Below the pieces are notes generated by a model, which searched no databases, was not told the DNA's origin, and saw only the letters and a program-made list of their open reading frames with translations. Position numbers and translations under genes: made by a program. From Actinomycetes bacterium (GTDB lineage: Bacteria > Actinomycetota > Acidimicrobiia > Acidimicrobiales > Acidimicrobiaceae), in NCBI GenBank assembly GCA_021805205.1, contig JAJZFV010000055.1, positions 17,287 through 81,286 on the forward strand: a stretch of 64,000 nucleotides of DNA, read 5' to 3'. Numbering within the stretch: position 1 is the first letter of the stretch; the number at the start of each line of letters is the position of its first letter. Below, one piece after another: positions 49,506 through 59,360 of the stretch.

Positions 49506-50477
49506 CTAGGAGAGATTTTCGCCACCGAAGATATCGGAGACCGAAGAATCCTCAAAGACGGCGCCAATAGCCGCTGCAATAACAGAGGCGACAGAGAGAA
49601 CCTCAAGCTTAGCGATCTTACGCTCTGGCGGCAAAGGAAGGGTATTAGTAATCACTACCTTAGATATCGAAGAGTCATTGAGTCGCTGGGTAGCGGGGTC
49701 TGAAAGAATCCCGTGCGTCGCCATAGCCCAAACCTCCGCCGCACCCTGCTTCATGAGTAGTTCGGCTGCAGCACAGATGGTGCCTGCAGTGTCAATCATG
49801 TCGTCGATGATTACACACCGCTTTCCCGCAACATCGCCAACGACATCGAGGGCTTCAACTACGTTAGCTTGACCCTTAGGACGGCGCTTATGAACGAAGG
49901 CCAACTCCATGTCGAGATATTGCGAAAAGCGCGATGCCACCTTGACCCGGCCAGCATCTGGGGCAACTATCACAGTATCTGGCGTACAGTTGGCTTTGAG
50001 ATAGTCGATCAAGACCGGCATCGCAGTTAGATGGTCAACTGGTCCATCGAAGAACCCCTGAATCTGACCCGAGTGAAGATCTAAGGTTATGATCCGATCA
50101 GCTCCAGCCGTAGCCAAGATATCGGCAACGAGTTTGGCTGTGATCGGCTCTCGTCCCGATGCCTTGCGGTCCTGCCGCGAATATCCGTAGTAAGGACACA
50201 CTGCAGTAATGCGCTTAGCAGAGGCCCTCTTGGCGGCGTCAATCATATTTAGTTGCTCAAAAATAGCCGAATTCACCGGTCTGGCATGAGACTGTATAAG
50301 AAATATATCCTTGCCACGTATCGACTCACCAAATCGGCAATAGATCTCTCCATCGGCAAATTCTCGCAGATCGACGCTTCCCAAAGGCACATCGAGGTGA
50401 AGCGCGACTTCCGCAGCCAACTGAGGGTGGCTACGACCCGAGTAGATCTCCAAACGCTTACGAGGTACTAACTCCAC
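49506..50477 (-). CDS. prs: Ribose-phosphate pyrophosphokinase
   Basis: FADGE, PYYGYSRQDRK, DLHSGQIQGFF, APDAG, DDMIDTAGT. Confidence 0.98.
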   Translation of the reverse strand: MELVPRKRLEIYSGRSHPQLAAEVALHLDVPLGSVDLREFADGEIYCRFGESIRGKDIFLIQSHARPVNSAIFEQLNMIDAAKRASAKRITAVCPYYGYSRQDRKASGREPITAKLVADILATAGADRIITLDLHSGQIQGFFDGPVDHLTAMPVLIDYLKANCTPDTVIVAPDAGRVKVASRFSQYLDMELAFVHKRRPKGQANVVEALDVVGDVAGKRCVIIDDMIDTAGTICAAAELLMKQGAAEVWAMATHGILSDPATQRLNDSSISKVVITNTLPLPPERKIAKLEVLSVASVIAAAIGAVFEDSSVSDIFGGENLS

Positions 50478-50479
50478 TT

Positions 50480-51622
50480 TTAATGCTCCAAAACTACGAA
50501 AGATCCACTCACGTCAAAGTCGCCAATCGAAGACCCACTCTTCATTACTGCATATGGGCCAACTACAGCACCTTCGCCAACTCTACATCGATCGAGTTCA
50601 GATCGAATTATCTTCGCCCTATCACCAATAATCGAATTTGAAATTCGGACATCGGGACCGATCTCGACACCATCGCCAACGATAGTTCTACCGATGAGGG
50701 ACGTTCCCGGCCACAATGTCGTGTCTTGTCCAATCTCTACGGTCGAATCGATGTATATCGAAGATGGATTGACGAGGTTGACACCCTTCATCATAAAAGA
50801 TGCGTTGATCCTCTCACGCATAACAACTTCGGCTTGAGCAAGTTGAGCCCTATCATTTACCCCACCGGCCTCGGAGTAGTCGACGATCTCAAAGCCGCTC
50901 ACCTTGTAACCGCTCGATGCTAATACTTCAACCACATCGGTGAAGTAGTACTCTCCCTGAGAGTTGAGGGGCTGAAGCCTGCGGAGAGAGGGTAGCAAAA
51001 CGTCGAGATTGGCCACATAGAAAGAAGAATTTATCCGTCGCTCTTGCCTCTCTTGGTCAGTGGCATCCTTCTCCTCAACGATCTTTTTAATATTTGAATT
51101 CTTATCAAAGATGAGTCTGCCATAACCATTCGGCTCGTCTAGTTGACCAAATGCAACAGTTAGGGCCCTTCGATCCTCTTCATGTTCGGCGAGCATCCCA
51201 GCGATAGTCTCGCCCCTAATTAGAGGTGCATCGCCTGGAAGGATCACAACTGAGGGTTGCAGACCTTTGAAGGTCAGGGGGTCTGGGAGCGCGGTCATGG
51301 CTACCAGGACAGCATCTCCAGTCCCCCTTTGAACCTGCTGAGTTACAAAGTTGATACGCATCTTGGAAGGGGCAGACTTTAATACCTGCTCTTGAACGAC
51401 GTCTGCCTTGTGGCCCACCACGATCACGACGTCAAGGACGTTAGCCTCGGCTAGCGCCTCAAGGATGTGGACGATCATTGGCTTGCCACAGATGCGAATA
51501 AGAGGCTTTGGCCTTGAAGACTTCATCCTTGAGCCAATTCCAGCCGCCATCACTATAGCAAATCGCTGTCGCTCTACCGAAACATCTTGCGAATTCAAAG
51601 CGCCTCCAATTTGAATCTCCAT
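50480..51622 (-). CDS. glmU: GlmU-family GlcNAc-1-P uridylyltransferase, C-terminally truncated
   Basis: MAAG.GSRMKS..PK, GTGDAV, GD.PL, GYGR, IVEEKD, NSQGEYY.TD, GVNDR, then only part of the left-handed beta-helix. Confidence 0.9.
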   Translation of the reverse strand: MEIQIGGALNSQDVSVERQRFAIVMAAGIGSRMKSSRPKPLIRICGKPMIVHILEALAEANVLDVVIVVGHKADVVQEQVLKSAPSKMRINFVTQQVQRGTGDAVLVAMTALPDPLTFKGLQPSVVILPGDAPLIRGETIAGMLAEHEEDRRALTVAFGQLDEPNGYGRLIFDKNSNIKKIVEEKDATDQERQERRINSSFYVANLDVLLPSLRRLQPLNSQGEYYFTDVVEVLASSGYKVSGFEIVDYSEAGGVNDRAQLAQAEVVMRERINASFMMKGVNLVNPSSIYIDSTVEIGQDTTLWPGTSLIGRTIVGDGVEIGPDVRISNSIIGDRAKIIRSELDRCRVGEGAVVGPYAVMKSGSSIGDFDVSGSFVVLEH

Positions 51623-51792
51623 ACGACACGCTAAAACGCAATCGCTACCTTATCGTAGATGAGCCAAGGAGAGGTGGTCACCGAAAAAAACATTAGCCGA
51701 AGTACCAAGGTCCGGCCCTGCCCACTCCCAGATCGTAAAGATTCCGACCAGTGAGGTTCAAATGGTTTCCCGTTTAAAGAGGCAAAGGCACT

Positions 51793-53346
51793 CTATCGAA
51801 CTTGACTAGGGGCGACCGAGACAGACGAGACGCTCTGAGGATTTGAGGTCAATTGGATTATGTTGTGGTTGGTGGTAACACCTGGGACCTTACCCCAGCT
51901 GACAGTTGCATTGGTCAATAGATCTCCGGTCACCTTAAAGAATTGAAGTTTGGAAGGAACTAGGATAGAGAGGTGGATTGGGGGAGAAGAGGGGGGACGG
52001 TCATCGGTGACAACTATTGAAAAGGAGTTGTCTTTCTCTGCCGCCAGCGCCTCAACTCCTAGGGGCAGACCAGTAACTTGATGCAACCGCGATCCAACTT
52101 GAAAGAACTTGGAGTAGTTTCCAAGCACGTAGTATCTCTTGGTCAAATAGAGGCTCTGATTGCCATTTGTTTGGTAGTTGGAGTCGTAATAGATCAACCC
52201 ATCGTTGCGCCCTAGCAAGTTAGCTTGATATGGACATTGGGGATCGAGTGTCGGTTCGCAACCTAAGTTGGGGGAGATCGCAGTCCACCACTGAAAGGCG
52301 CTATCTCGGCCGTAAAAGAAGTCATTGAAGATCGTCTTTGCCAACCACATCCCCTGGACCATCGTTGGATCGTACTGATATCCAAAGCGCGTTCCATTGA
52401 AGCAACAAATCTCGGTCATCCAAGAGTGAAGCTTCAAGTCGCGAAAGGTATCAGCCATTGCACTCAAGGTCTTAGCATTGGGATAGTCGTAGGTGTGGTG
52501 TGCATAAAACGCTATGTACCTCTTAGCGTTGTCACGATTTATCCACAGGTTGATCTCTGGAAGGAGTTGCGAGGCGACTTGAGAGGTCTCATCGGCGATG
52601 ATCTTTACCCACGGTGCTCTACTTGCTAAAGCTTGGCCCAACCTCGCTACTAGCCGCGCCCTTAGAAATATCGGAACTCGCATCCCCTCTTGCTTACAGG
52701 GCGCCATCGACGAGTCGGGCTCATTCATCGGAGAGAGGTAGTCGACGGTGATTCCGAGGTCATTTTTCATCCCTATTACCACGTTGACCAGATAGTTTAC
52801 ATAGGTGTCAACCTGAGAGGAAAGCAGATGGCCAGCGCAACTGAGGTGGTTTGAAGTAAAGGGCGAGGGTGCGGAATTGACAAAAGCAATGATGTCTTTG
52901 ACCTTGTACTTTTCAGCCATCTTCGCAAAGTAGGTCCCTGCAGGATCTGCATTGAAGTTATAGGTGCCATTGGGCTGCAGAAATGTAGGTGCCCTCTTCC
53001 AAGGGGTGCTAACACCCACTCCTCCGCCGCCAATGTTATAGCGAAATTGGCTCAATTGAAGGCCACTCTTGGCAAATAGAAGTGTTCCGACTTTATCCTT
53101 GACCGCTGCGGACATCGAATAGATCGGTCCAGACCACCAAGCGCCTGAGGCTCCAAATCCGTCGACGCTCTGGAGGGCGTTTGCTGAAATTACAGCATTT
53201 ACAGCAGGAACTTGAGAGCGATTGCTCTGTGCCACCCTGGCCACCGCCAAGAACCCAACTAACGTAAGTGAGGCGATTAATACAACGAGCAGCGGTTTAG
53301 AAAACTCCCCCTCTCTTCTCGCAAATCTTTGCCGCAGCTGGCTCAA
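51793..53346 (-). CDS. Secreted glycoside hydrolase family 30
   Basis: Signal/TM helix, GFGASGAWW, RYNIGGG, NEP (acid/base), WMTE (nucleophile), KRYYVLGNYSKF. Confidence 0.82.
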   Translation of the reverse strand: MSQLRQRFARREGEFSKPLLVVLIASLTLVGFLAVARVAQSNRSQVPAVNAVISANALQSVDGFGASGAWWSGPIYSMSAAVKDKVGTLLFAKSGLQLSQFRYNIGGGGVGVSTPWKRAPTFLQPNGTYNFNADPAGTYFAKMAEKYKVKDIIAFVNSAPSPFTSNHLSCAGHLLSSQVDTYVNYLVNVVIGMKNDLGITVDYLSPMNEPDSSMAPCKQEGMRVPIFLRARLVARLGQALASRAPWVKIIADETSQVASQLLPEINLWINRDNAKRYIAFYAHHTYDYPNAKTLSAMADTFRDLKLHSWMTEICCFNGTRFGYQYDPTMVQGMWLAKTIFNDFFYGRDSAFQWWTAISPNLGCEPTLDPQCPYQANLLGRNDGLIYYDSNYQTNGNQSLYLTKRYYVLGNYSKFFQVGSRLHQVTGLPLGVEALAAEKDNSFSIVVTDDRPPSSPPIHLSILVPSKLQFFKVTGDLLTNATVSWGKVPGVTTNHNIIQLTSNPQSVSSVSVAPSQVR

Positions 53347-53667
53347 CCCTTTTCACCTCGAATCAAAAGGTTAATTCCTACCGTAGGACTATCAGCGAAA
53401 ATATGGTATGAGATGGAAAAGTCCCTACCTCTACCCAAATTCAATGCAGCTCAAGCCATCTTCTATCTTCTCCAACTGCTAATTGGAGAAAAAGACCCAA
53501 CACCTCGCCTCCCCCGACATTCAAAGATCCAACTGAAAGAGCAGGCAAGCTCACTCATTTTTGTCGTGGCATTAACCAGTCACTTGTGTCAGGTTGCCGT
53601 TTTCAATGGAAACTACCCAAACGACAGATCCAGAAAATTCGTAGAGTGAGCCACCAAAAGCCAGATT

Positions 53668-55107
53668 TCAGGAGATGCCAGCCTCAAAAGGAGCGCTCGC
53701 TAAGAGCGTCGCTAGCGCTTTAGTCAGTGATATGGCAGCATTAATCGAAATCCATTCGTTGGGTCCATGGGCATTTGATGCGGGGGTTAGGACCCCGGTA
53801 GCCAGTATCGAGGCCTTGGGAAGGAGTTGGTCCAACATCGCCAAGAACGGAATTGTTCCGCCCTCTCCACATGCACCCGATGGCTTTCCAAAGGTAGCAA
53901 GGCTGACCTGGTCCAAAATATCTAGCAACTTTGGCGGAAGTGGCTTTTCAAACCAACCCGATGCAGGTTCGTCCGCAGTCACGCTAACGTGGGCTCCATA
54001 GGGCGGATCTTCAGTTAGGGTCCGGACTATGGCATCGGTTGCTACCTGACCATCCACCATCGGAGGAATTCGAAACGACAACTTAGCTGTAGTTTTAGCG
54101 CGCAGTACATTTCCAGCTTGAGATACCGGCGGAACATTATCGATACCAACGAAGGCCATCGATGGGCGCCAACTTTGATCAAGGAGTCGTTCACTTGCCT
54201 CTCCCGGAAGTTTAACCCCATCTTTCAAAGGAAAGATTCGGCCAAGGGGATCATTTGCTTCTATCGCGTTTATTCGAGCAGCTTCAACGACCTCACTTGG
54301 AATAGCACAATAAAGCTGAGGGAGGACCATGGCGCCGCTCGAGGAGTCCTCGACTCGCTCCAAAAGCCGACGTAAAACTCTAAAGGACGACGGCACTACT
54401 CCGCCGGCGCTACCGGAGTGCACCCCGTGCTCCAAGATTGATACGTCAACGGTCATCGTTATATTTCCACGGAGAGAGGTAGTCCTCCAAAGACGCTCGT
54501 TATCGAATCCCCCCGAGTCAAGGCATATAACCAAGTCAACTTGATCGAGCTCTCCGGCAAGAGAGTCGATGTGCGCCGGGAGGTCTATCGATCCGCTCTC
54601 CTCGCTCGCCTCAATCAGAACCTTGATGCGCGGATGTTCGAGGCCACTTCGCTGGAGGTTAGCAATAGCTATGCCGGCAGCGACGATGGCGTATCCATCG
54701 TCGACCACACCACGACCGTAGAGGCGATCGCCGTCGTATCGGGGCTCAAAGGGATCACTAGCCCCTTCCCAAGGTCCGGTAGCTGGCTGTTTGTCGATAT
54801 GGCCATAGATTAGGACCGTATTATCTCCGCTGTAACCCGACGACGCCTCGATATCAACTACTAGCAGGGGTGAAAGACCCTCGATGCGACGTATAGTGGT
54901 CTTAGATCCCTTGAGGGAGAGTGAGTCGATGAAGGTACTTGCCAGAGATATGGCACTTTCGATCTCACCTCGAGTCTTCCAATCCTTGTCATATGCGCTC
55001 GAGATTGCACGTACCTTGATATATTCCTCGAGGTAGCGCAGTCCAATCGAACGAAAGTCCTCTCCAATAGAACCAGATATACAATCAAGAATCTCAAGCG
55101 AATTCAA
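53668..55107 (-). CDS. M20/M25/M40 metallopeptidase (dipeptidase-like)
   Basis: YGHIDKQP, LYGRG..DDG, EESGS, CLDSG, SLRG, HSG, GGTIPF, NAHGPNE. Confidence 0.92.
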   Translation of the reverse strand: MNSLEILDCISGSIGEDFRSIGLRYLEEYIKVRAISSAYDKDWKTRGEIESAISLASTFIDSLSLKGSKTTIRRIEGLSPLLVVDIEASSGYSGDNTVLIYGHIDKQPATGPWEGASDPFEPRYDGDRLYGRGVVDDGYAIVAAGIAIANLQRSGLEHPRIKVLIEASEESGSIDLPAHIDSLAGELDQVDLVICLDSGGFDNERLWRTTSLRGNITMTVDVSILEHGVHSGSAGGVVPSSFRVLRRLLERVEDSSSGAMVLPQLYCAIPSEVVEAARINAIEANDPLGRIFPLKDGVKLPGEASERLLDQSWRPSMAFVGIDNVPPVSQAGNVLRAKTTAKLSFRIPPMVDGQVATDAIVRTLTEDPPYGAHVSVTADEPASGWFEKPLPPKLLDILDQVSLATFGKPSGACGEGGTIPFLAMLDQLLPKASILATGVLTPASNAHGPNEWISINAAISLTKALATLLASAPFEAGIS

Positions 55108-55146
55108 CTGTCAAACGCCCCTTTTACATCGTCACCTGCGAAAAGA

Positions 55147-56790
55147 CTATACGTGATGGATGTGTAGTTTGTCCTCACTGTAGAGGTTCCTAAGTACCTT
55201 CTTGTCGAATTTGCCAACCGAGGTCTTGGGAATCTCAGTGACGAACGACCAGCGCTCCGGGAGCCACCACTTAGCCACTTGAGAGAGGATAAAATTTGAA
55301 AGATCTGAGGCCGTAACTTGAGAACCTTCTTTTAGAACTACGCACGCCAAGGGGCGTTCGTCCCACTTATCATCGGGGACCCCAACCACCGCTGCTTCAA
55401 ATACATCTGGGTGGGCCATAATCGCATTTTCGAGCTCCACCGAAGATATCCACTCGCCGCCAGACTTAATGACATCTTTTGTTCGATCAGTTATCCTGAG
55501 ATACCCCTCGGGATCGAGGGTACCCATATCACCGGTTCGAAGCCACCTACCGTCGAACGAGGCTGGATTTACCCCTTTGTAGTAGGAGTTGGTAATCCAT
55601 GGACCTGATACCTGAATCTCTCCCATTGAGACCCCGTCGTTCGGTAACTTATTTCCTTCGGCGTCGACGATCCGTATCTCAACCCCAGCTACTGGCCTAC
55701 CTGCGGTTACCAGATACTTGATTCGATCTTCCTCCTTGACATTGTCCGGAGGAATTGCCAACGTACAGAGCGGAGAGGTCTCGGTCATTCCCCAACCTTG
55801 AAGAAGTGTCAATCCGTATCGATCGCGGTAGCCCTCTATAAGCGCACGAGGCACCGCCGAGCCGCCAGCTGATATAACTCGAAGCGAAGAGAAGTCAGTG
55901 GGGTTATCTTCGCAATAGTGAAGAAGGTCATTCCATATCACAGGTACGCCAGATGCGATCGTTGGTTTTAGTTCATTGATCATCACGGCAAGCGGCCCCG
56001 CTTGGAGAAAGCGTCCCGGCATGATCATGTCACTACCTACAAACCATCCGGCATAGGGAATTCCCCAAGCATTGGCGTGAAACATGGGAACGATTACAAG
56101 GGTCCTGTCGCGGGAGTTGAGCCCCAGGGACGCAGAAGAGGATGCAGCTAGCGAATGAAGGTAGGTGGAGCGATGGGAGTAGACAACACCCTTTGGATTA
56201 CCAGTTGTGCCACTGGTGTAACACATCGCTGCAGCGTCGTTTTCATCGGCGATTTCGACACAGTCAAAGTCTTCAGAGAAGTTGGCGATGTAGCTGTCAT
56301 AGTCCACGAACTTGACGCTCGAACCGCTCTCAGCTCTGAAATTTTCAACCCCAGCCTCATCGAATGGACCCACGACTAAGACGGTCTCAACCGAATCTCT
56401 TCCTACCAGGCACTTCAACAAAAGGGGAAGAACGATATTGTCAGCGATAATAACCTTGTCCGATGCGTCGTCGATAATGAATTGAAGTTGATCGGCAAAT
56501 AGGCGAACATTTAGGGTGTGCAAAACGGCACCCATAGATGGAATTGCCAAGTAGGCCTCTAAGTGCTGGTTGTGGTTGAAACAGAAAGTAGCAACCCGAT
56601 CGTCCCCCTTGACCCCAAGAGCCACCAGACCATTAGCCAATTGTCGCGCACGCTTTGCAACCTGACTATAGGTCAACACGTGGGTACCATCACCGGTAAA
56701 GGTAAAGACCTTAGAGTCAGAGTATAGCATTTCTCCGTGGCTAAAAATTTCAGAGACAGATAGAGCAACCCTTGACATCGTCGACTTCAA
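55147..56790 (-). CDS. Medium/long-chain acyl-CoA ligase
   Basis: YTSGTTGNPKG, PMFHANAWG, WGMTETSP, TGD, KSGGEWISS, PKTSVGK. Confidence 0.93.
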   Translation of the reverse strand: MKSTMSRVALSVSEIFSHGEMLYSDSKVFTFTGDGTHVLTYSQVAKRARQLANGLVALGVKGDDRVATFCFNHNQHLEAYLAIPSMGAVLHTLNVRLFADQLQFIIDDASDKVIIADNIVLPLLLKCLVGRDSVETVLVVGPFDEAGVENFRAESGSSVKFVDYDSYIANFSEDFDCVEIADENDAAAMCYTSGTTGNPKGVVYSHRSTYLHSLAASSSASLGLNSRDRTLVIVPMFHANAWGIPYAGWFVGSDMIMPGRFLQAGPLAVMINELKPTIASGVPVIWNDLLHYCEDNPTDFSSLRVISAGGSAVPRALIEGYRDRYGLTLLQGWGMTETSPLCTLAIPPDNVKEEDRIKYLVTAGRPVAGVEIRIVDAEGNKLPNDGVSMGEIQVSGPWITNSYYKGVNPASFDGRWLRTGDMGTLDPEGYLRITDRTKDVIKSGGEWISSVELENAIMAHPDVFEAAVVGVPDDKWDERPLACVVLKEGSQVTASDLSNFILSQVAKWWLPERWSFVTEIPKTSVGKFDKKVLRNLYSEDKLHIHHV

Positions 56791-56984
56791 TTTGACGACA
56801 CCTTCTTCCTAAGTAATTAGTGATCTTTCAATATCTTTATATGTCTAACGGTATCGCAATATCGTCGATTAATCACGTTAGAAGCCAAGGGGCACCGCCT
56901 TTGGCCCCTTGGCCAAGACTTAGTGACGATCGACCCTACCTCTGACTCCTCGATAACGGCGAGATGGAGGGTAGTATCAAAGAA

Positions 56985-58148
56985 ATGGAGCGAAAAAAGA
57001 ACTTAGCTATTATCGGTGGCGGCATCACCGGCGCCTCGATCGCCTATCACTTGGCAAAGTCAGACCGCTTCGAGATAACCATCTTCGATGACCCTGCTGG
57101 AAAGCGCGCCACTACGGTTGCGGCGGGAATGCTAGCACCTGTCACCGAGGTGAACTTCGGTGAAGAGAATCTCTCCACTTTCATGATCCAAGCCGCAGAG
57201 TACTTCGCTTCGATTGCACGGACCTTTGAGGAGCAGTACAAGTTCGACATCGGCTATCGAAATACCGGAACAATTACGGTTTCACTAACCGAAAAGGACC
57301 GAAAAGACCTCGAGAGGTATGTAAACCTCTATCGCCGCCTCGGACTTTCTGTGACCGAACACGACGGATCGGAAGCCCAACGGATAGAGCCACTGCTATC
57401 GCCACAAGTGAACTATGGAATTACGACAGAGATCGATCAACAGGTTGATAACCGCGCCCTCTTCGACTCGCTTAGGCGGATCAATAGTCGCTTAGGAGTC
57501 AGCACCATAGATCGCCGAGTCGTAAAGGTCGAGAGGGATCGCGACGGGGACTTCAGAGTCTTTGACGACGGCGGTGAAAATGGCCTCTACCACGTTGTCA
57601 TCGTAGCCAATGGGACTAGCGCTACGACGATTGAGGGAGAGCTAAAAGAGATCTCCTCCTTTATCCGGCCAGTCAAAGGTCAGATCATAAGGACTCGCCA
57701 TGGAAGTGACCACCTGGCACCGGGCAAGGTGGTCCGCTACAACGTTGACTCTCGACCGGGTTATATCGTTACTCGATCTAACGGCGAGGTAGTAATTGGA
57801 GCTACCTCCGAAGAGGTTGGCTTCGACGAGCGAGTGAAGGCAAGAGGCACATTCGACCTCCTTCATGACGCCATAAGAGTCGTTCCCATGGTCGGAGAGT
57901 ACGCTATCGAAGAGATCAACGTAGGGTTTCGCCCAGCTTCAGACGACAACTTACCCATCTTGGGGGAGATAAGAGAGAATCTATGGGTGGCATTGGGCTC
58001 ATATCGCCATGGCATTCTCCTCTCCATGTTTATCGGGAAAAAGGTAGCCGAGGCCATAGCCAGCGAGCAGACCCTCGTAGAGGGATTTGAGATCTTCGCA
58101 CCATCTAGATTTGTCGGCGAAATCCAAAGTCCCGTCACAATCAAGTAG
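56985..58148 (+). CDS. thiO: Glycine oxidase ThiO
   Basis: IIGGGITG, AAGMLAP, PVKGQ, GFRP, YRHGILL, thi cluster context. Alternative start at 56964. Confidence 0.9.
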   Translation: MERKKNLAIIGGGITGASIAYHLAKSDRFEITIFDDPAGKRATTVAAGMLAPVTEVNFGEENLSTFMIQAAEYFASIARTFEEQYKFDIGYRNTGTITVSLTEKDRKDLERYVNLYRRLGLSVTEHDGSEAQRIEPLLSPQVNYGITTEIDQQVDNRALFDSLRRINSRLGVSTIDRRVVKVERDRDGDFRVFDDGGENGLYHVVIVANGTSATTIEGELKEISSFIRPVKGQIIRTRHGSDHLAPGKVVRYNVDSRPGYIVTRSNGEVVIGATSEEVGFDERVKARGTFDLLHDAIRVVPMVGEYAIEEINVGFRPASDDNLPILGEIRENLWVALGSYRHGILLSMFIGKKVAEAIASEQTLVEGFEIFAPSRFVGEIQSPVTIK

Positions 58149-58179
58149 AAATGTTCAAGGGCAAATCGGAGGAGATACT

Positions 58180-58380
58180 TTGCAGATCACTCTGAACGGC
58201 AAGAGCGCTTCGGTCGTCGACGGCGTGAAGTTGGGCGAGGTAATCGATATGTTCGCAGTCGACCGACGTGGGGTCGCAGTCGCTCTAAATGGCGAGGTCG
58301 TCAAACGAGGCGATTGGGATAGCCAAGTTCTAATAGATCGAGACGCAATCGAAATTCTTTCGATTGCGGCAGGAGGATAG
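58180..58380 (+). CDS. thiS: Sulfur carrier ThiS
   Basis: TTG start after GGAGG; (M)QITLNG...VAVALNGEVV...W...AGG C-terminus. Confidence 0.93.
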   Translation: MQITLNGKSASVVDGVKLGEVIDMFAVDRRGVAVALNGEVVKRGDWDSQVLIDRDAIEILSIAAGG

Positions 58381-58471
58381 CAGAGAGCTCAGCCGAGTTG
58401 CAGAGTAGAGGCTACCGGGATGCTCTAGATAGGGATTAGTTCGTTTTTGATAATTTGGGAGGAAGTACCAA

Positions 58472-59272
58472 TTGGATAGCCAACCACAGTCACCCCTAGC
58501 CGTAGGAAGCCACGTCTTCAAATCGCGCTTGATATTTGGAAGTGGTGGAATGCGATCAATTGCGGCACTTCGGATCGCACTTGCCAATACTCAAAGCGAG
58601 CTAACCACCGTTGCTATGCGGCGTTACGATCCGGCCGCTTCAGGTCGTCTATTCGATGTCTTAAGAGAGTTCAATCAGCAGATACTTCCCAATACCGCTG
58701 GATGCTATAACGCAACCGAGGCAGTTATTACCGCCGAGTTAGCGCGCGAGGCCCTTGAAACCAACTTGATAAAGGTAGAGGTAATAAACGATGACTCTAC
58801 CCTACTTCCAGATCCGATAGAGACCCTAAAAGCCACCGAAGTACTTACCAATAAAGGCTTTGAGGTAATGGCATATATCTCGGACGATGTAGTTCTTGCA
58901 AGGCGGATTGAGCAAGCCGGAGCCAAAGCGGTAATGCCCCTCGGCGCCCCGATTGGGAGCGGGATGGGAATACTAAACCCCTTCAATATTGAGACGATTG
59001 TGAACTTTGCCAATGTTCCGATTATCCTCGACGCAGGATTAGGAAGCGCCTCTGATGCTGCTCTAGCTATGGAACTTGGCTGCGACGGAGTCCTTGCTGC
59101 TTCGGCGATAAACCGAGCTGAGGATCCAGCGATCATGGCCGAGGCGTTTCGCCTCGGAGTTATTGCGGGTCACCTGAGCCGTCGGGCTGGAAGAATTCCA
59201 AAATCGACCCGAGCGATAGCCTCGACTGCCATCTCAGGAAAGGCACAATTTGAGGTAAGCTCCAATAATTAG
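58472..59272 (+). CDS. thiG: Thiazole synthase
   Basis: SRL, LPNTAGC, IKVEV, LLPD, MPLGAPIGSG.G, DAG.G. Confidence 0.96.
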   Translation: MDSQPQSPLAVGSHVFKSRLIFGSGGMRSIAALRIALANTQSELTTVAMRRYDPAASGRLFDVLREFNQQILPNTAGCYNATEAVITAELAREALETNLIKVEVINDDSTLLPDPIETLKATEVLTNKGFEVMAYISDDVVLARRIEQAGAKAVMPLGAPIGSGMGILNPFNIETIVNFANVPIILDAGLGSASDAALAMELGCDGVLAASAINRAEDPAIMAEAFRLGVIAGHLSRRAGRIPKSTRAIASTAISGKAQFEVSSNN

Positions 59273-59360
59273 CCACGGATCAGCCACTGCGCGTGGTTGG
59301 CGTGGTATCTTGACTTAGGTAAAATTCGATTAAGCCGCAGCGTCGAGGGGTGGGTATAGC

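Noticed and set aside
51623-51792. tRNA-Gln often found upstream of glmU
   Set aside because: Only a GGTTCAAAT fragment with no T-stem, acceptor stem or cloverleaf.
53329-53649. 106-aa plus-strand ORF between GH30 and the M20 peptidase
   Set aside because: No motif or RBS, opposite to both neighbours, and it covers the GH30 promoter region.
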